From a virus, in IMG/VR virus record IMGVR_UViG_3300008113_011148, positions 3,755-67,754 of that record: a DNA stretch of 64,000 nt. One strand, given 5' to 3'. The translations under genes and the position numbers were made by a program. Positions 39,490 through 49,464 of this stretch are shown piece by piece (the first letter of the stretch is position 1; each line of letters starts with the position of its first letter). The notes below the pieces were generated by a model that worked only from the letters and a program-made list of their open reading frames with translations, was not told where the DNA came from and ran no database searches.

Positions 39490-39951
39490 ATGGAACTAAT
39501 AACAACAAAAATTTGTATGGCACTCGATATTGGAGTGCATGGTAATCTATTCGGAGGAAATATGATGTGTTTTATTGATGAGGCAGCGGCGGCTTATGCG
39601 TGTCAAATATGTGATACACCAAGAATGGTTACTAAAAAAATGGAAGAAGTCGTTTTTGATAATCCAGTTAAAGTTGGAAACATAATCAAAATATATGGAG
39701 AAGTTGAGAAAATCGGAAATACATCAATAACTCTTAAAATGGAAGCCAGAAAACATAGCGTTTATACCGGTGATGAAAAAATTGTTTGTTCAACTAAAGT
39801 AGTTTTCGTTAGAATCGATGATGAAGGACAACCAGTTCCTATTTCTGAAAGAGTTAAAGTAAGATATGATGAGCGAGTAAAACTTTATGGAAGAGGTTTA
39901 CTAACTCCTGAGGAATTAGCAGTTATTAAGAAAAAGAAAAAAGAGAGTTAG
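39490..39951 (+). CDS. Acyl-CoA thioesterase (hotdog fold)
   Basis: HGNLFGG...DEAA, F..PV.VG, GNTSI. Confidence 0.85.
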   Translation: MELITTKICMALDIGVHGNLFGGNMMCFIDEAAAAYACQICDTPRMVTKKMEEVVFDNPVKVGNIIKIYGEVEKIGNTSITLKMEARKHSVYTGDEKIVCSTKVVFVRIDDEGQPVPISERVKVRYDERVKLYGRGLLTPEELAVIKKKKKES

Positions 39952-39970
39952 TTAACTAACTCTCTTTTTT
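39937..39970. terminator. Bidirectional terminator (34 bp perfect palindrome)
   Basis: AAAAAAGAGAGTTAGTT-AACTAACTCTCTTTTTT between convergent genes. Confidence 0.8.
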
Positions 39971-40901
39971 ATTTAAGTAGTTGTTTTAACTTAAATTGTG
40001 ATCTATATCTTAATAGAGCCAAGTCCTTCATTTTACATTCCAATTCCGTATCAAAGTCGAGACCGAATGTTTTAATTTCTTCATAAATATAATCCGCATG
40101 TGCTGTTTGTCTACCAGTAAAATCCTCAATAGTTTTTGGAGAACTCATATGTGTAAGTGGTCTTATATCACCCCAAGTCGAGCAAGCTAATCTAAGAGCT
40201 TCCTCCATAGTTTGGTCTTGAGGACCATAGTTGAAGTGGTGTTGGTCAAAAACAATTGGAATTCCGATTTCTTTATGAATCCAATCATACAACATCTTTA
40301 CTGAAAACTGATTTGGTGAATCATCATTTTCAATTGTAAGTCTTTTTTTACAGGAATCTGATAGCAATTGAAAACTTTCACAGAATTTCTTAGCTGCATC
40401 AAAAGTTGTAGGCTTTGTAGTTCCAACGTGAATATTTATTGGATAATAGTTAGACTGGTCCAAACCCATCAAATCCATAAGATAAGCATGTTGGTCTAAT
40501 TCAGAAATTGCTTTATAAATAACATCCTGTCTTTCGGATGCTAAAATATTGAATGGACCGGGGTGATACGAAAGTCTCATACCATTTTCTTTTGCTTTAT
40601 CACCTATTCTTTTCAGTAAGTTTTTGATTGTATGGAAATCAGGCAAGTCGTCAAAGATGTATTCTGACATCCAGGGAAAAGAGTCACTAGACATACGATA
40701 TACATAAATATCGTTTTCTAAGTTCCAATCTAAGACTTTAATAGTATCAATTAAATTAAGTATGATTAGTTCAGAGACATATGAAAGACCTTTTGCATCA
40801 AAGGTTTTTCTGACCATACTTCTATTGACTAAGATTTGTTCTTTCTTTTTTTTACCTTCGTTGCATCCGAGTGAAATGCAGCAGTATCCTAAATTTTTCA
40901 T
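39969..40901 (-). CDS. uvsE: UV damage endonuclease
   Basis: LGYCC, YRMSS, HPGPF, INIHVG, LTIENDD, VFDQHH, HADY, ECKMKD. Confidence 0.88.
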   Translation of the reverse strand: MKNLGYCCISLGCNEGKKKKEQILVNRSMVRKTFDAKGLSYVSELIILNLIDTIKVLDWNLENDIYVYRMSSDSFPWMSEYIFDDLPDFHTIKNLLKRIGDKAKENGMRLSYHPGPFNILASERQDVIYKAISELDQHAYLMDLMGLDQSNYYPINIHVGTTKPTTFDAAKKFCESFQLLSDSCKKRLTIENDDSPNQFSVKMLYDWIHKEIGIPIVFDQHHFNYGPQDQTMEEALRLACSTWGDIRPLTHMSSPKTIEDFTGRQTAHADYIYEEIKTFGLDFDTELECKMKDLALLRYRSQFKLKQLLK

Positions 40902-40921
40902 ATTTACAAATATATGAAAAA

Positions 40922-42418
40922 TTATTCTAAGGAAGAAATAACTGTCAATTTTTCTTGACCTCTTTGAACCATTTTAACGGGAAATCCCCAAAGATATTTA
41001 ATATGTGGAAGAACTTTATCAACCTCATTTATATCTAATTCTCGTCCGTTTAATGGTGTGTATTCTAAAGTAAGACTACGGTTACCATAAACATCAACAT
41101 TATAAACTTGTATATCTGGAATATATCTACTTCTGTTATAAAATTCAGAAAGTGATTGTCTCACCTTTTTATAACCTTTTTCATTATGAATTGAACTAAC
41201 TTTATAAAAATTAGAATCTTGTTCATCAGAAATCTCAAATAATCTCATATCACGCATCACTTTTGGTGAAAGATATTGAAGAACAAATGTCTCATCTTTA
41301 AAATTTTCAACAATCCATCTAAAGTTTTCAGCCCAATTTCCTTTACCAGCAATTTCTGGAAACCATTGTAAATCCTCTGGTGTTGGATCCAATGACATTC
41401 TTTTTAAGTCAGAAAATATATTAAATCCTAAAGTATATGGATTAAGACCTGAATAAAACTTAGAATCGAATCCTGGTTGAAATATAACATTTGAGTGATG
41501 ATGCATAAATTCTAACATAAAACCATCATCTAGATATCCTTCTTCAAACATCTTATTTACAATCTCGTAGTGACAAAATGTGGCACAGCCTTCATTGATG
41601 ACCTTAGTTTGTCCTTGTGGATAAAAATATTGAGATATTTTTCTAACAATTCTAACAATTTCTCTTTGCCATCCTTTTAACTTTGGTGAATTCTTTTCAA
41701 TAAAGTAAAGAATATTTTCTTCTGGTTGAGCCGGGAATCTTTCTTTCCTTTTTCTTTTTTGTTCTTCTTTTGGAAGAGTTCTCCAAATATCATCTAATAA
41801 GATTCTATCGTCTTCTATTTTCTTTATCAATCTTTCGTGTTCTTCTTTTGGTGTCAATTTAGCTGGTTTTTTATACTTATCAACTCCATAGTTCATTAGG
41901 GCATGACAAGAATCTAAAACCATCTCTACTTCTTCATATCCATACTTCTCTTCACATTTAGCAATAAAGTTTTTAGCAAATAACATATAATCAATAATTG
42001 AATCTGCTTGTGTCCACTGCTTGAAAAGATAGTTGTTTTTAAAGAAGTGGTTATGGCCCTGAACATGCGCATAAACTAATAACATAAGACAAGTGTCATT
42101 GTCCTCTAAGTTATAAGAGATACACGGATTTGAGTTAATTACCATTTCGTAAGATAACCCCATTCTTCCTTTTTTATAATTATTTGAATTTACCACATAA
42201 TCTTTTCCGAATTTCCAATGGTTATAGGAAAGAGGAAGACCTATAAGTGAATAAGCATCTAAAAGTTGTTCGGAAGACACAATCTCAAATTGGTTTGGAT
42301 AAACATCAAGTCCAAGTAAGTCTATAGACATTTTATCAATTATTTCAGAAAAAACTTGAATAGTTTCTTCATTCCAATCTGATTTTGAGAATAAGTTTTT
42401 AATATCTTTTTTCTTCAT
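40922..42418 (-). CDS. spoVR: SpoVR family protein (YcgB)
   Basis: HWKFGK, YEMVINSNPCISY, AHVQGHNHFFKNN, TKVINEG.A, NPY.LG. Confidence 0.9.
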   Translation of the reverse strand: MKKKDIKNLFSKSDWNEETIQVFSEIIDKMSIDLLGLDVYPNQFEIVSSEQLLDAYSLIGLPLSYNHWKFGKDYVVNSNNYKKGRMGLSYEMVINSNPCISYNLEDNDTCLMLLVYAHVQGHNHFFKNNYLFKQWTQADSIIDYMLFAKNFIAKCEEKYGYEEVEMVLDSCHALMNYGVDKYKKPAKLTPKEEHERLIKKIEDDRILLDDIWRTLPKEEQKRKRKERFPAQPEENILYFIEKNSPKLKGWQREIVRIVRKISQYFYPQGQTKVINEGCATFCHYEIVNKMFEEGYLDDGFMLEFMHHHSNVIFQPGFDSKFYSGLNPYTLGFNIFSDLKRMSLDPTPEDLQWFPEIAGKGNWAENFRWIVENFKDETFVLQYLSPKVMRDMRLFEISDEQDSNFYKVSSIHNEKGYKKVRQSLSEFYNRSRYIPDIQVYNVDVYGNRSLTLEYTPLNGRELDINEVDKVLPHIKYLWGFPVKMVQRGQEKLTVISSLE

Positions 42419-43684
42419 TTAGGCCGTTTTCTTTTTAAAGAAGTCTTGAAATACTGTCCATATTTCTGAAACTTCGTGAATTTTTCCAATCTCAAAATTC
42501 TTTCTTTTTTCAGAAAGTAATTTATAGTTACTCCAAAGATCACCATCATTTTCTCTACAAACTTCAATATAAATCATGTATTGAATTTTATTAAGTATAT
42601 CAGAATCTAATATTTTATAGCAGTCATCAGCATCTGAACGGTTCCAAACATCACCATCTGAGGCTTGAGCGGCATAAATATTCCAATTTTGAGAATATCT
42701 CTCTTTGATAATCTTATTCATCAATTCAAGTGCTGGAGTTACAACAGTGCCACCCGTTTCTCTCGAATTAAAGAATTCTTCTTCAGTAACTTCTTTTGCT
42801 TCTGTGTGGTGTCTAATAAAAACAATTTCAATTTTTTCATATTGTTTTGTTAAAAACATATAAAGTAACATAAAGAATCTTTTAGAAATATCTTTTTCTT
42901 TTTCACCCATTGAACCAGAAATATCCATAATACAGAACATCACAGCACAAGTTGTAGGAACAGCAACCTTTTCAAAATTATTATATTGAAGGTCTACTTC
43001 TTCCATAAAAGAAACAGACAATTTCATTTTTTTAAGTTTGTCTAGTTCTAGCTCGAGTTCTAATCTCTTTTCATCAGTTAAATTAGAGTCTTTTAATAAC
43101 TCTTCAACATCTTTGATTTTCTTATCAAAGAAGAAACCTAAAGCCATTCTACGAGCCATTGAGTTCTTAAATGATTTAACAACATTTAATCTACTTGGAT
43201 TTCCATAATTTGAAAAACCAGCACGTTTTTGTTTCCAGTCAACTATTGTATTAAGATGTTTTTTAACCATATCTGGAAGTTCTAAATCAGCAAAAAAGTA
43301 ATCTAAAAATTCATCTCTACTAATTGTAACTGAAAATTCATCTTCTCCTGTTTCTGGACTATTCGAACCTTGTCTTCCGTTTCCTTTACCAGATCCACCT
43401 TGTGGTTTTTTTATTTTATCACCAGGCACATATTCTTTATTTCCTGGATGAACATATTTTTTATCACCAGAATCTTTATCATACGTAAATTGTGGCTCAG
43501 ATATTCCTTTTACCGGAACTTTTACTTTATCTTTTGAACTAGTGATATCTTTGATACCGGTTCCTTTAACAATGTCTGGTAAGGCCTTTTTTATTTGACC
43601 TTCAATCCTTTTGAGAAACCTCTGACGATTTTCAGAGGATTTCCCTTTTGGATTTTTTCTTCTATCTACGATGTTTATTGACAT
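42419..43684 (-). CDS. yeaH: YeaH/YhbH family (DUF444) vWA-like protein
   Basis: IVDRRKN..GKS..NRQRF, MDISGSM, FIRHHT.A, ETGGT, ASDGD. Confidence 0.9.
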   Translation of the reverse strand: MSINIVDRRKNPKGKSSENRQRFLKRIEGQIKKALPDIVKGTGIKDITSSKDKVKVPVKGISEPQFTYDKDSGDKKYVHPGNKEYVPGDKIKKPQGGSGKGNGRQGSNSPETGEDEFSVTISRDEFLDYFFADLELPDMVKKHLNTIVDWKQKRAGFSNYGNPSRLNVVKSFKNSMARRMALGFFFDKKIKDVEELLKDSNLTDEKRLELELELDKLKKMKLSVSFMEEVDLQYNNFEKVAVPTTCAVMFCIMDISGSMGEKEKDISKRFFMLLYMFLTKQYEKIEIVFIRHHTEAKEVTEEEFFNSRETGGTVVTPALELMNKIIKERYSQNWNIYAAQASDGDVWNRSDADDCYKILDSDILNKIQYMIYIEVCRENDGDLWSNYKLLSEKRKNFEIGKIHEVSEIWTVFQDFFKKKTA

Positions 43685-43772
43685 TGAATATTCTTTCTAT
43701 TTTAAGCTTTCGCATAACTATCTTTTTAATACGATAGTATTCTTTTGTAAATAAGTCCTTTACGGGTCTCAT
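43662..43772 (-). CDS. 36 aa micro-ORF consisting largely of the C-terminal tag
   Basis: MRPVKDLFTKEYYRIKKIVMRKLKIERIFNVNKHRR. ATG abuts the prkA stop and the ORF overlaps the yeaH start. Confidence 0.5.
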   Translation of the reverse strand: MRPVKDLFTKEYYRIKKIVMRKLKIERIFNVNKHRR

Positions 43773-45695
43773 TTACGAAGATTTCCTAACTCTGAGGTAC
43801 CAGTCTGTTAACAATTTGATTTGTTTATTGGTATATCCTCTTTCTTTCATTCTATTAACAAATTCAGAGTGTTTCTTTTCTTCATCTTTAGAAGTTTTAC
43901 CAGTAAATGAAATCACTGGAATAAGGTCTTCAGTTTTAGAGAATATTCTTTTTTCAATCACATTCTTAATTTTCTCATAAGAATCCCAAGAAGGCGATTT
44001 ACTATTTTTTGCCTTATGTCTTAGATAGAATTGAACAACATCATTTCTAAAATCTTTTGGATTAGCAATACCAGCTGGTTTTTCAATTTTTTCTAATTCT
44101 TCATTAAGTGCACCTCTATCAAATTGTTGACCAGTTTCAGGATCTCTATAATCATTATCTTGACACCAGTGATCAGCATAAGTGATGTATCTCTCAAATA
44201 AATTTTGTCCGTATTCTTGATAAGAATCAACATAAGCTTTTTGAATTTCATCACCAATAAATTCGGCATATTTAGAAGTCATAGTGGACTTTAGAAGATT
44301 AAGATAATATTCTTCAGTGTCTTTATTCATCTGAGCCTTAACAATCTCTTGCTCCAAAACATAGAAAAGATGAACCGGATTAGCGGCAACCTCTTCTGAG
44401 TCATGATTAAATACTTTTGAAAGTACCTTAAAAGCAAAACGAGTAGAAATTCCATTCATTCCTTCGGTAATTCCGGCATCATCTTTATATTCTTGTAAGG
44501 ATTTTGCTTTTGGGTCAGATTCTTTTAGGTTTTCACCATTATAAACTCTCATTTTTGAATACATAAGTGAGTTTTCTGGTCTTTTCATTCTTGTCATTAC
44601 ACAAAATTGAGCTAACATTTCTAATGTCTTAGGCGCACAAGGTGCTTCAGATAGAGAAGAATGTTTAAGTAATTTTTTGTAGATTTCAACCTCTTCATCA
44701 ATACGAAGACAATAAGGAACTCTTACGATATAAACTCTATCTAAAAAAGCTTCGTTCTTTTTATCATTTGAGAAAGTTTCCCATTCGGACTCATTTGAGT
44801 GAGCTAAAAGAATTCCTTGAAAAGGAATTGCTGGAAGATTTTCAGTTCCATTGAAATTACCTTCTTGTGTTGCGGTAAGTAGTGGATGTAAAAGTTTAAT
44901 TGGTGCTTTAAACATCTCAACAAACTCCATAAGTCCTTGATTGGATTTACAAAGTGAACCTGAGTAAGAATAAGCATCAGCATCATTTTGAGGAAACTCA
45001 GCCAATTTTCTAATATCAACTTTTCCAACAAGTGCTGAAATATCTTGATTGTTTTCGTCTCCTGGTTCTACTTTAGAGATACCAATTTGTGAAGAGATAG
45101 AACATTTTAATTTTCTAACTTTAAATTTTGAAATATCACCTTCAAACTCAGCTAATCTTTTAGTAGCCCACGGTGAAGGACAAGAAGGAACATATCTTCT
45201 GTGAATACCATATTCTTCTTCTAATTCTGTTCTGTAGTTAGAAAAAAGACCAAGTGGATTTTCCCAAACAGGTGAAACCTCACCATCAGCCACAAGGACA
45301 TAAATATGACTTTTTTCCATTAATTGTTTTAATCTCTCAGCCAAAGAAGATTTACCACCACCAACTGGTCCGAGTAAGTAAAGAATTTGTTTCTTTTCTT
45401 CAAGTCCTTGTGCGGCATGTTTGAAAAAAGAAACAATTTGTTCGATTGTGTCTTCCATTCCATAAAATTCAGAAAATGCTGGATATCTTTTAATAACTCT
45501 ATTAGAGTAGATACGACTTAGTCGCTCATCGAGTTTTGTGTCAATTATTTCCGGATCACCTATAGCTTTAAGCATTCTTTCGGCTGGTGATGAATAAGTA
45601 GACTTATCATTCTTACAAATCTCTAAAAACTCTTTGATAGTTAAATCTTTTTCAGTTTGAATAAACTCTTTTTTAATCGTGTTTAATAGGCTCAT
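43773..45695 (-). CDS. prkA: PrkA/YeaG family AAA+ serine protein kinase
   Basis: LLGPVGGGKSS Walker A, EPGDENNQDISALVG, EFVEMFK, NEAFLDR, GISTRF. Confidence 0.92.
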   Translation of the reverse strand: MSLLNTIKKEFIQTEKDLTIKEFLEICKNDKSTYSSPAERMLKAIGDPEIIDTKLDERLSRIYSNRVIKRYPAFSEFYGMEDTIEQIVSFFKHAAQGLEEKKQILYLLGPVGGGKSSLAERLKQLMEKSHIYVLVADGEVSPVWENPLGLFSNYRTELEEEYGIHRRYVPSCPSPWATKRLAEFEGDISKFKVRKLKCSISSQIGISKVEPGDENNQDISALVGKVDIRKLAEFPQNDADAYSYSGSLCKSNQGLMEFVEMFKAPIKLLHPLLTATQEGNFNGTENLPAIPFQGILLAHSNESEWETFSNDKKNEAFLDRVYIVRVPYCLRIDEEVEIYKKLLKHSSLSEAPCAPKTLEMLAQFCVMTRMKRPENSLMYSKMRVYNGENLKESDPKAKSLQEYKDDAGITEGMNGISTRFAFKVLSKVFNHDSEEVAANPVHLFYVLEQEIVKAQMNKDTEEYYLNLLKSTMTSKYAEFIGDEIQKAYVDSYQEYGQNLFERYITYADHWCQDNDYRDPETGQQFDRGALNEELEKIEKPAGIANPKDFRNDVVQFYLRHKAKNSKSPSWDSYEKIKNVIEKRIFSKTEDLIPVISFTGKTSKDEEKKHSEFVNRMKERGYTNKQIKLLTDWYLRVRKSS

Positions 45696-45811
45696 GATTT
45701 TTTTTCATTTTTTATTTATACGTCTTGTAACGAAATAAGTTTATACCTTATATATCAACAACATCTCTCTTTACTTACCAAAAAAGCCAATATATTTTTA
45801 ATATATACTTT

Positions 45812-46369
45812 ATGAAAATCGTAAAATACCAAGAATTTATAAAAGAGGAATTACAAGATACTCCTGAGACTTATGTTGCTACCGCTTTAAACAATTTGAA
45901 GCGAAAGATTGATAAAATGTTTGAATTTCAATCTGATGACGAAAATGATAAAGAAGAGAATAAAGAGCAAGATATAAAAAGTGTAAAGAAAAAAAGTAAA
46001 GAGAAAATGAGTTTCGAAGACTTGGGTGTTAGACTTGAAAGTTCTGAAATTTCTAAATATTCAAAACTATTTGATTCATTGACTGTCAAATTTTCAGACG
46101 ATCAGAATACTTATACTCTTATATTTATGATAGATTTAAAAGATGCTATGCCGAAAGATCCTGCAAAAGATTTTGACATAGACCAAATAGAAAAGTGTTA
46201 TATTAAATTTAAAAAATATGACTTAGACACATTTGAGGTAATTGGTCAATTAAGTAAAAATGTAGAAATGAAAAAAATTGATGAGGACTTCATTATAGAG
46301 TTAAAATTAGAACTCGATGAGAAATTTGGAGACTCAGATGAGGAAAAATTTGAGATAGAAACAGAATAA
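45812..46369 (+). CDS. Tagged hypothetical protein
   Basis: MKIVKYQEFIKEE; TAATATATA 4 nt upstream. Confidence 0.65.
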   Translation: MKIVKYQEFIKEELQDTPETYVATALNNLKRKIDKMFEFQSDDENDKEENKEQDIKSVKKKSKEKMSFEDLGVRLESSEISKYSKLFDSLTVKFSDDQNTYTLIFMIDLKDAMPKDPAKDFDIDQIEKCYIKFKKYDLDTFEVIGQLSKNVEMKKIDEDFIIELKLELDEKFGDSDEEKFEIETE

Positions 46370-46398
46370 GAGAGACCCTAAAATTTAATAAATAATTT

Positions 46399-46911
46399 AT
46401 GGGTTTAAATATAGTTTCAAGTCAGTTTGTTTCTAATTGTTTCAAAAAATCAAGATTTTTTAGAAAAAATTTAGGATTAGTCTCTACCATAGATAAGAAT
46501 GGTAAAAGAATTGCTAATGATAAAGATAAATTTAGCTCTCACTATAATGGAATATATCGAACTACAATTTTTGCACAAGGTAATGTTGGTGATATAAAGT
46601 TTTACATAGACCATTACATTCGTGATAATACATTTGCTGTTTATAGTGGTGATACTTTTGAAGAATTTATTTTCACATTTGATGTGTCATTTTTTACAGA
46701 AAAAGGCGCCGATAATTATTTAGGCTTTATATTAAAAAGTGTAGATGATATGTATGAAGAAAGAGTGAAAAATAATGAGCTTAAGAAGTTAGAACCAAAA
46801 CCTGTAGGTAATGCTGATATGATTACTAAAAATCCAGGAAATGTATCATATGCCGACCTAAAAGCTTATTTAGAAAAGAAAAGAGCTGAAAGATATAAAA
46901 AATTTGATTAA
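46399..46911 (+). CDS. Hypothetical protein
   Basis: 170 aa ORF. Confidence 0.6.
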   Translation: MGLNIVSSQFVSNCFKKSRFFRKNLGLVSTIDKNGKRIANDKDKFSSHYNGIYRTTIFAQGNVGDIKFYIDHYIRDNTFAVYSGDTFEEFIFTFDVSFFTEKGADNYLGFILKSVDDMYEERVKNNELKKLEPKPVGNADMITKNPGNVSYADLKAYLEKKRAERYKKFD

Positions 46912-46914
46912 ACA

Positions 46915-47910
46915 ATGAAACTTAAAAGAGTAATTCAACTTAAAATGACTGGTGATGATGTAAAATACATTCAAACACTTCTTAAAGAATATGGTTTTTT
47001 TAAAGATAGAGTTGATGGTTATTTCGGACAAAATACACTTGTAGCGGTTTCAAATTTTCAAAGAGCTGTTTCTACAAAAGCGGATGGTATTGTTGGACCT
47101 TTGACTTGGAATAAATTACAACTATATGGAACAGATATGCCAGTATTTCAGAAAAAAAATGACAAAGAAATTCCCTATAAGGTTTCATTCGTATCTGAAA
47201 GTGGACTTGAGATTTATGATAATTTTTTATCTGAAGATGAGTATTATAAAAAGGAAACAAATAAAAATACAATCTGGTTACACCATACCGCCGGTGGTTC
47301 TAGGCCTGATTGGACAATAGGTGGTTGGGAAAAAGATTTTCAAAAAGACGAAGAGGGCAATCCTAAATTAGATTCAGATGGTAATGCTTTACCTTTGAGA
47401 GTGGGTACACACTTTGTCATCGGAAGAAAATCATCATCAACTGATTTTCCACTCTGGGATGGTAAAGTTTTAAGAGCATTCGATGAAAGATATTGGGCAT
47501 ATCACCTTGGAATATCTACTAAGAACAGTGAACAACTAAATTCACGTTCAATAGGAATAGAAATATGTAATTATGGACCTTTGACTTTAGGAAAAGATGA
47601 GAAATTTTATAACTATGTTAATAAACCAGTTAATAAAATTGATGTTGTTGAATTATCTAAACCATTCAGGGGTTATAAATTTTGGGAAAAATATACTGAC
47701 GCTCAACTTGAAAGTACAAGAAAATTAATTATCCACCTTAGTAAAATATGGAATATGGAAATTGAATCTGGTATCTATGATGAAAATTGGTTTAATTATG
47801 ACCAGAAATGGTTTAGTTTAGGTGGTTTGAGAACTCATACACAAGTAAGAAAAGATAAGTTTGACCTTTTTCCTCAACCAGAATTGATTCAAATGTTAAA
47901 TAGTCTTTAA
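46915..47910 (+). CDS. Endolysin: peptidoglycan-binding domain plus N-acetylmuramoyl-L-alanine amidase
   Basis: GDDVKYIQ..L..G...DG.FG..T..AV..FQ...DGIVGP.TW; LHHTAG, AYHLG, SIGIEICN, HTQVRKDKFD. Confidence 0.85.
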   Translation: MKLKRVIQLKMTGDDVKYIQTLLKEYGFFKDRVDGYFGQNTLVAVSNFQRAVSTKADGIVGPLTWNKLQLYGTDMPVFQKKNDKEIPYKVSFVSESGLEIYDNFLSEDEYYKKETNKNTIWLHHTAGGSRPDWTIGGWEKDFQKDEEGNPKLDSDGNALPLRVGTHFVIGRKSSSTDFPLWDGKVLRAFDERYWAYHLGISTKNSEQLNSRSIGIEICNYGPLTLGKDEKFYNYVNKPVNKIDVVELSKPFRGYKFWEKYTDAQLESTRKLIIHLSKIWNMEIESGIYDENWFNYDQKWFSLGGLRTHTQVRKDKFDLFPQPELIQMLNSL

Positions 47911-48147
47911 TGATTGATAGATTGTAATTTTATCCCACTCATCTAAATCCTCAAAATCAAAACTAATATCGAAGTCATCATAAAAACAATGTATTAGTAT
48001 TCTATTTTCATTTTTTATATATTCAATAGATTCTACTTTACCGAAACTGACCTCTATTTCGATAACAATTTCAGAAATACCTTTACCTAACCTATTGATG
48101 ATATCAATGGTTTTCTTTTTGAGTACATTATCTAAAATTTTTTTCAT
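47896..48147 (-). CDS. Small hypothetical protein
   Basis: 83 aa; AAATATATA 4 nt upstream. Confidence 0.55.
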   Translation of the reverse strand: MKKILDNVLKKKTIDIINRLGKGISEIVIEIEVSFGKVESIEYIKNENRILIHCFYDDFDISFDFEDLDEWDKITIYQSLKTI

Positions 48148-48220
48148 AACATATATATTTTTGTTTTTTTATGATTAAAAAAAATAACATTTGAATTTTT
48201 AAAAATTAATATATATCCAT

Positions 48221-49462
48221 ATGAAAGTTTTTAAATATTCAGAGTTTTTAACTGAAAGTAAGATTGAAGAATTACTTTTAGAATCTAAAGTTGTTTTTTC
48301 AAAGAAGTTTTTAAATCTTCTTAATAGAATGAGAACAAATAAAATCGCTAGTGATTTATTAAATATTTATTCGAAAGATTACAATGTTCAACATAATTAT
48401 ATTGATATTACGGATAATAAAGAAGAGGTATCATTTACACCTGATAGAAAGGTTCAAGAATTGATTGCAGGGAAACCAGAAGTATATAAAGTTGGAACTC
48501 GTCGTCAATTAACACATAGTGATTCAAATAACAAATTATTTGAAGCTTTGGGATATGATAAAAATCAAGAATATTGGACGCCAAATGATGGACAAAGAGG
48601 TTTAATTAAATCAGAGGTTGTTAGTCCAACTTCTGGTAAAGTATTTGTCCTTTTTGAAGAATTAACTGATGAAGTTGAAAAAAGATATGCTGTTTTAAAT
48701 AAAGATTGCTTAAGCTTAGCAGATTTTGATGATTCAAACATATGGAAAACTTCTCGTAATCCGATTAGAATTGGAAGACTTATAAGACCACTTCTAAGAT
48801 CTGTTGGTGTTACTGTTACTGATAGAGAAGTCGAGGAGTTTACAAATATGTGGAAAGCAACATACGATTTTGCAGCAGATGTTTTAAAACAATTTGATAT
48901 TGTTAAAGGTAATACTATTGCTTATTGGTATGACTATGGAAAATATGTTGATGGTGGTGGAACACTTAACAACTCTTGTATGGCTGAAGTTGATTCGGAT
49001 TACTTTGAGATTTATACTTCAAATTCACAAGTTCAATTAGTTATCCTTTATGATGATAACGGACAAGTTCAAGATGGTAAATACACATCAACTAAAATTA
49101 AAGGTAGAGCAATTCTTTGGGATGCTGAACTAAATGGTCAAAAAGAAATGTTTATGGATAGAATCTATACTACTTATGATTCAGATGTAGACCTTTTCAA
49201 ACAATTCGCTCAAAAGAATGGTTGGTTTTATAAAGACTCTCAAAGTATGACACCAAGAGAATATATTACAAACGGAACATCTAAATCAAGACCAGAGATA
49301 ATTGTTAAAGTAGATAACGCAGATTGTGAATACTATCCATATGTTGATACTATGTGTTTTTGTTATACTGGTTCTAATGAGTTAAGAAATACACAAGACG
49401 ATGATGATTCTTCTATGAGAGTTCTTCGCTCAACTGAAGGTGAATGGTATAGTGATTATTAA
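48221..49462 (+). CDS. Tagged conserved phage protein
   Basis: MKVFKYSEFLTES; NSCM, GRAILW, FMDRIY, YPYVDT motifs. Confidence 0.65.
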   Translation: MKVFKYSEFLTESKIEELLLESKVVFSKKFLNLLNRMRTNKIASDLLNIYSKDYNVQHNYIDITDNKEEVSFTPDRKVQELIAGKPEVYKVGTRRQLTHSDSNNKLFEALGYDKNQEYWTPNDGQRGLIKSEVVSPTSGKVFVLFEELTDEVEKRYAVLNKDCLSLADFDDSNIWKTSRNPIRIGRLIRPLLRSVGVTVTDREVEEFTNMWKATYDFAADVLKQFDIVKGNTIAYWYDYGKYVDGGGTLNNSCMAEVDSDYFEIYTSNSQVQLVILYDDNGQVQDGKYTSTKIKGRAILWDAELNGQKEMFMDRIYTTYDSDVDLFKQFAQKNGWFYKDSQSMTPREYITNGTSKSRPEIIVKVDNADCEYYPYVDTMCFCYTGSNELRNTQDDDDSSMRVLRSTEGEWYSDY

Positions 49463-49464
49463 TT

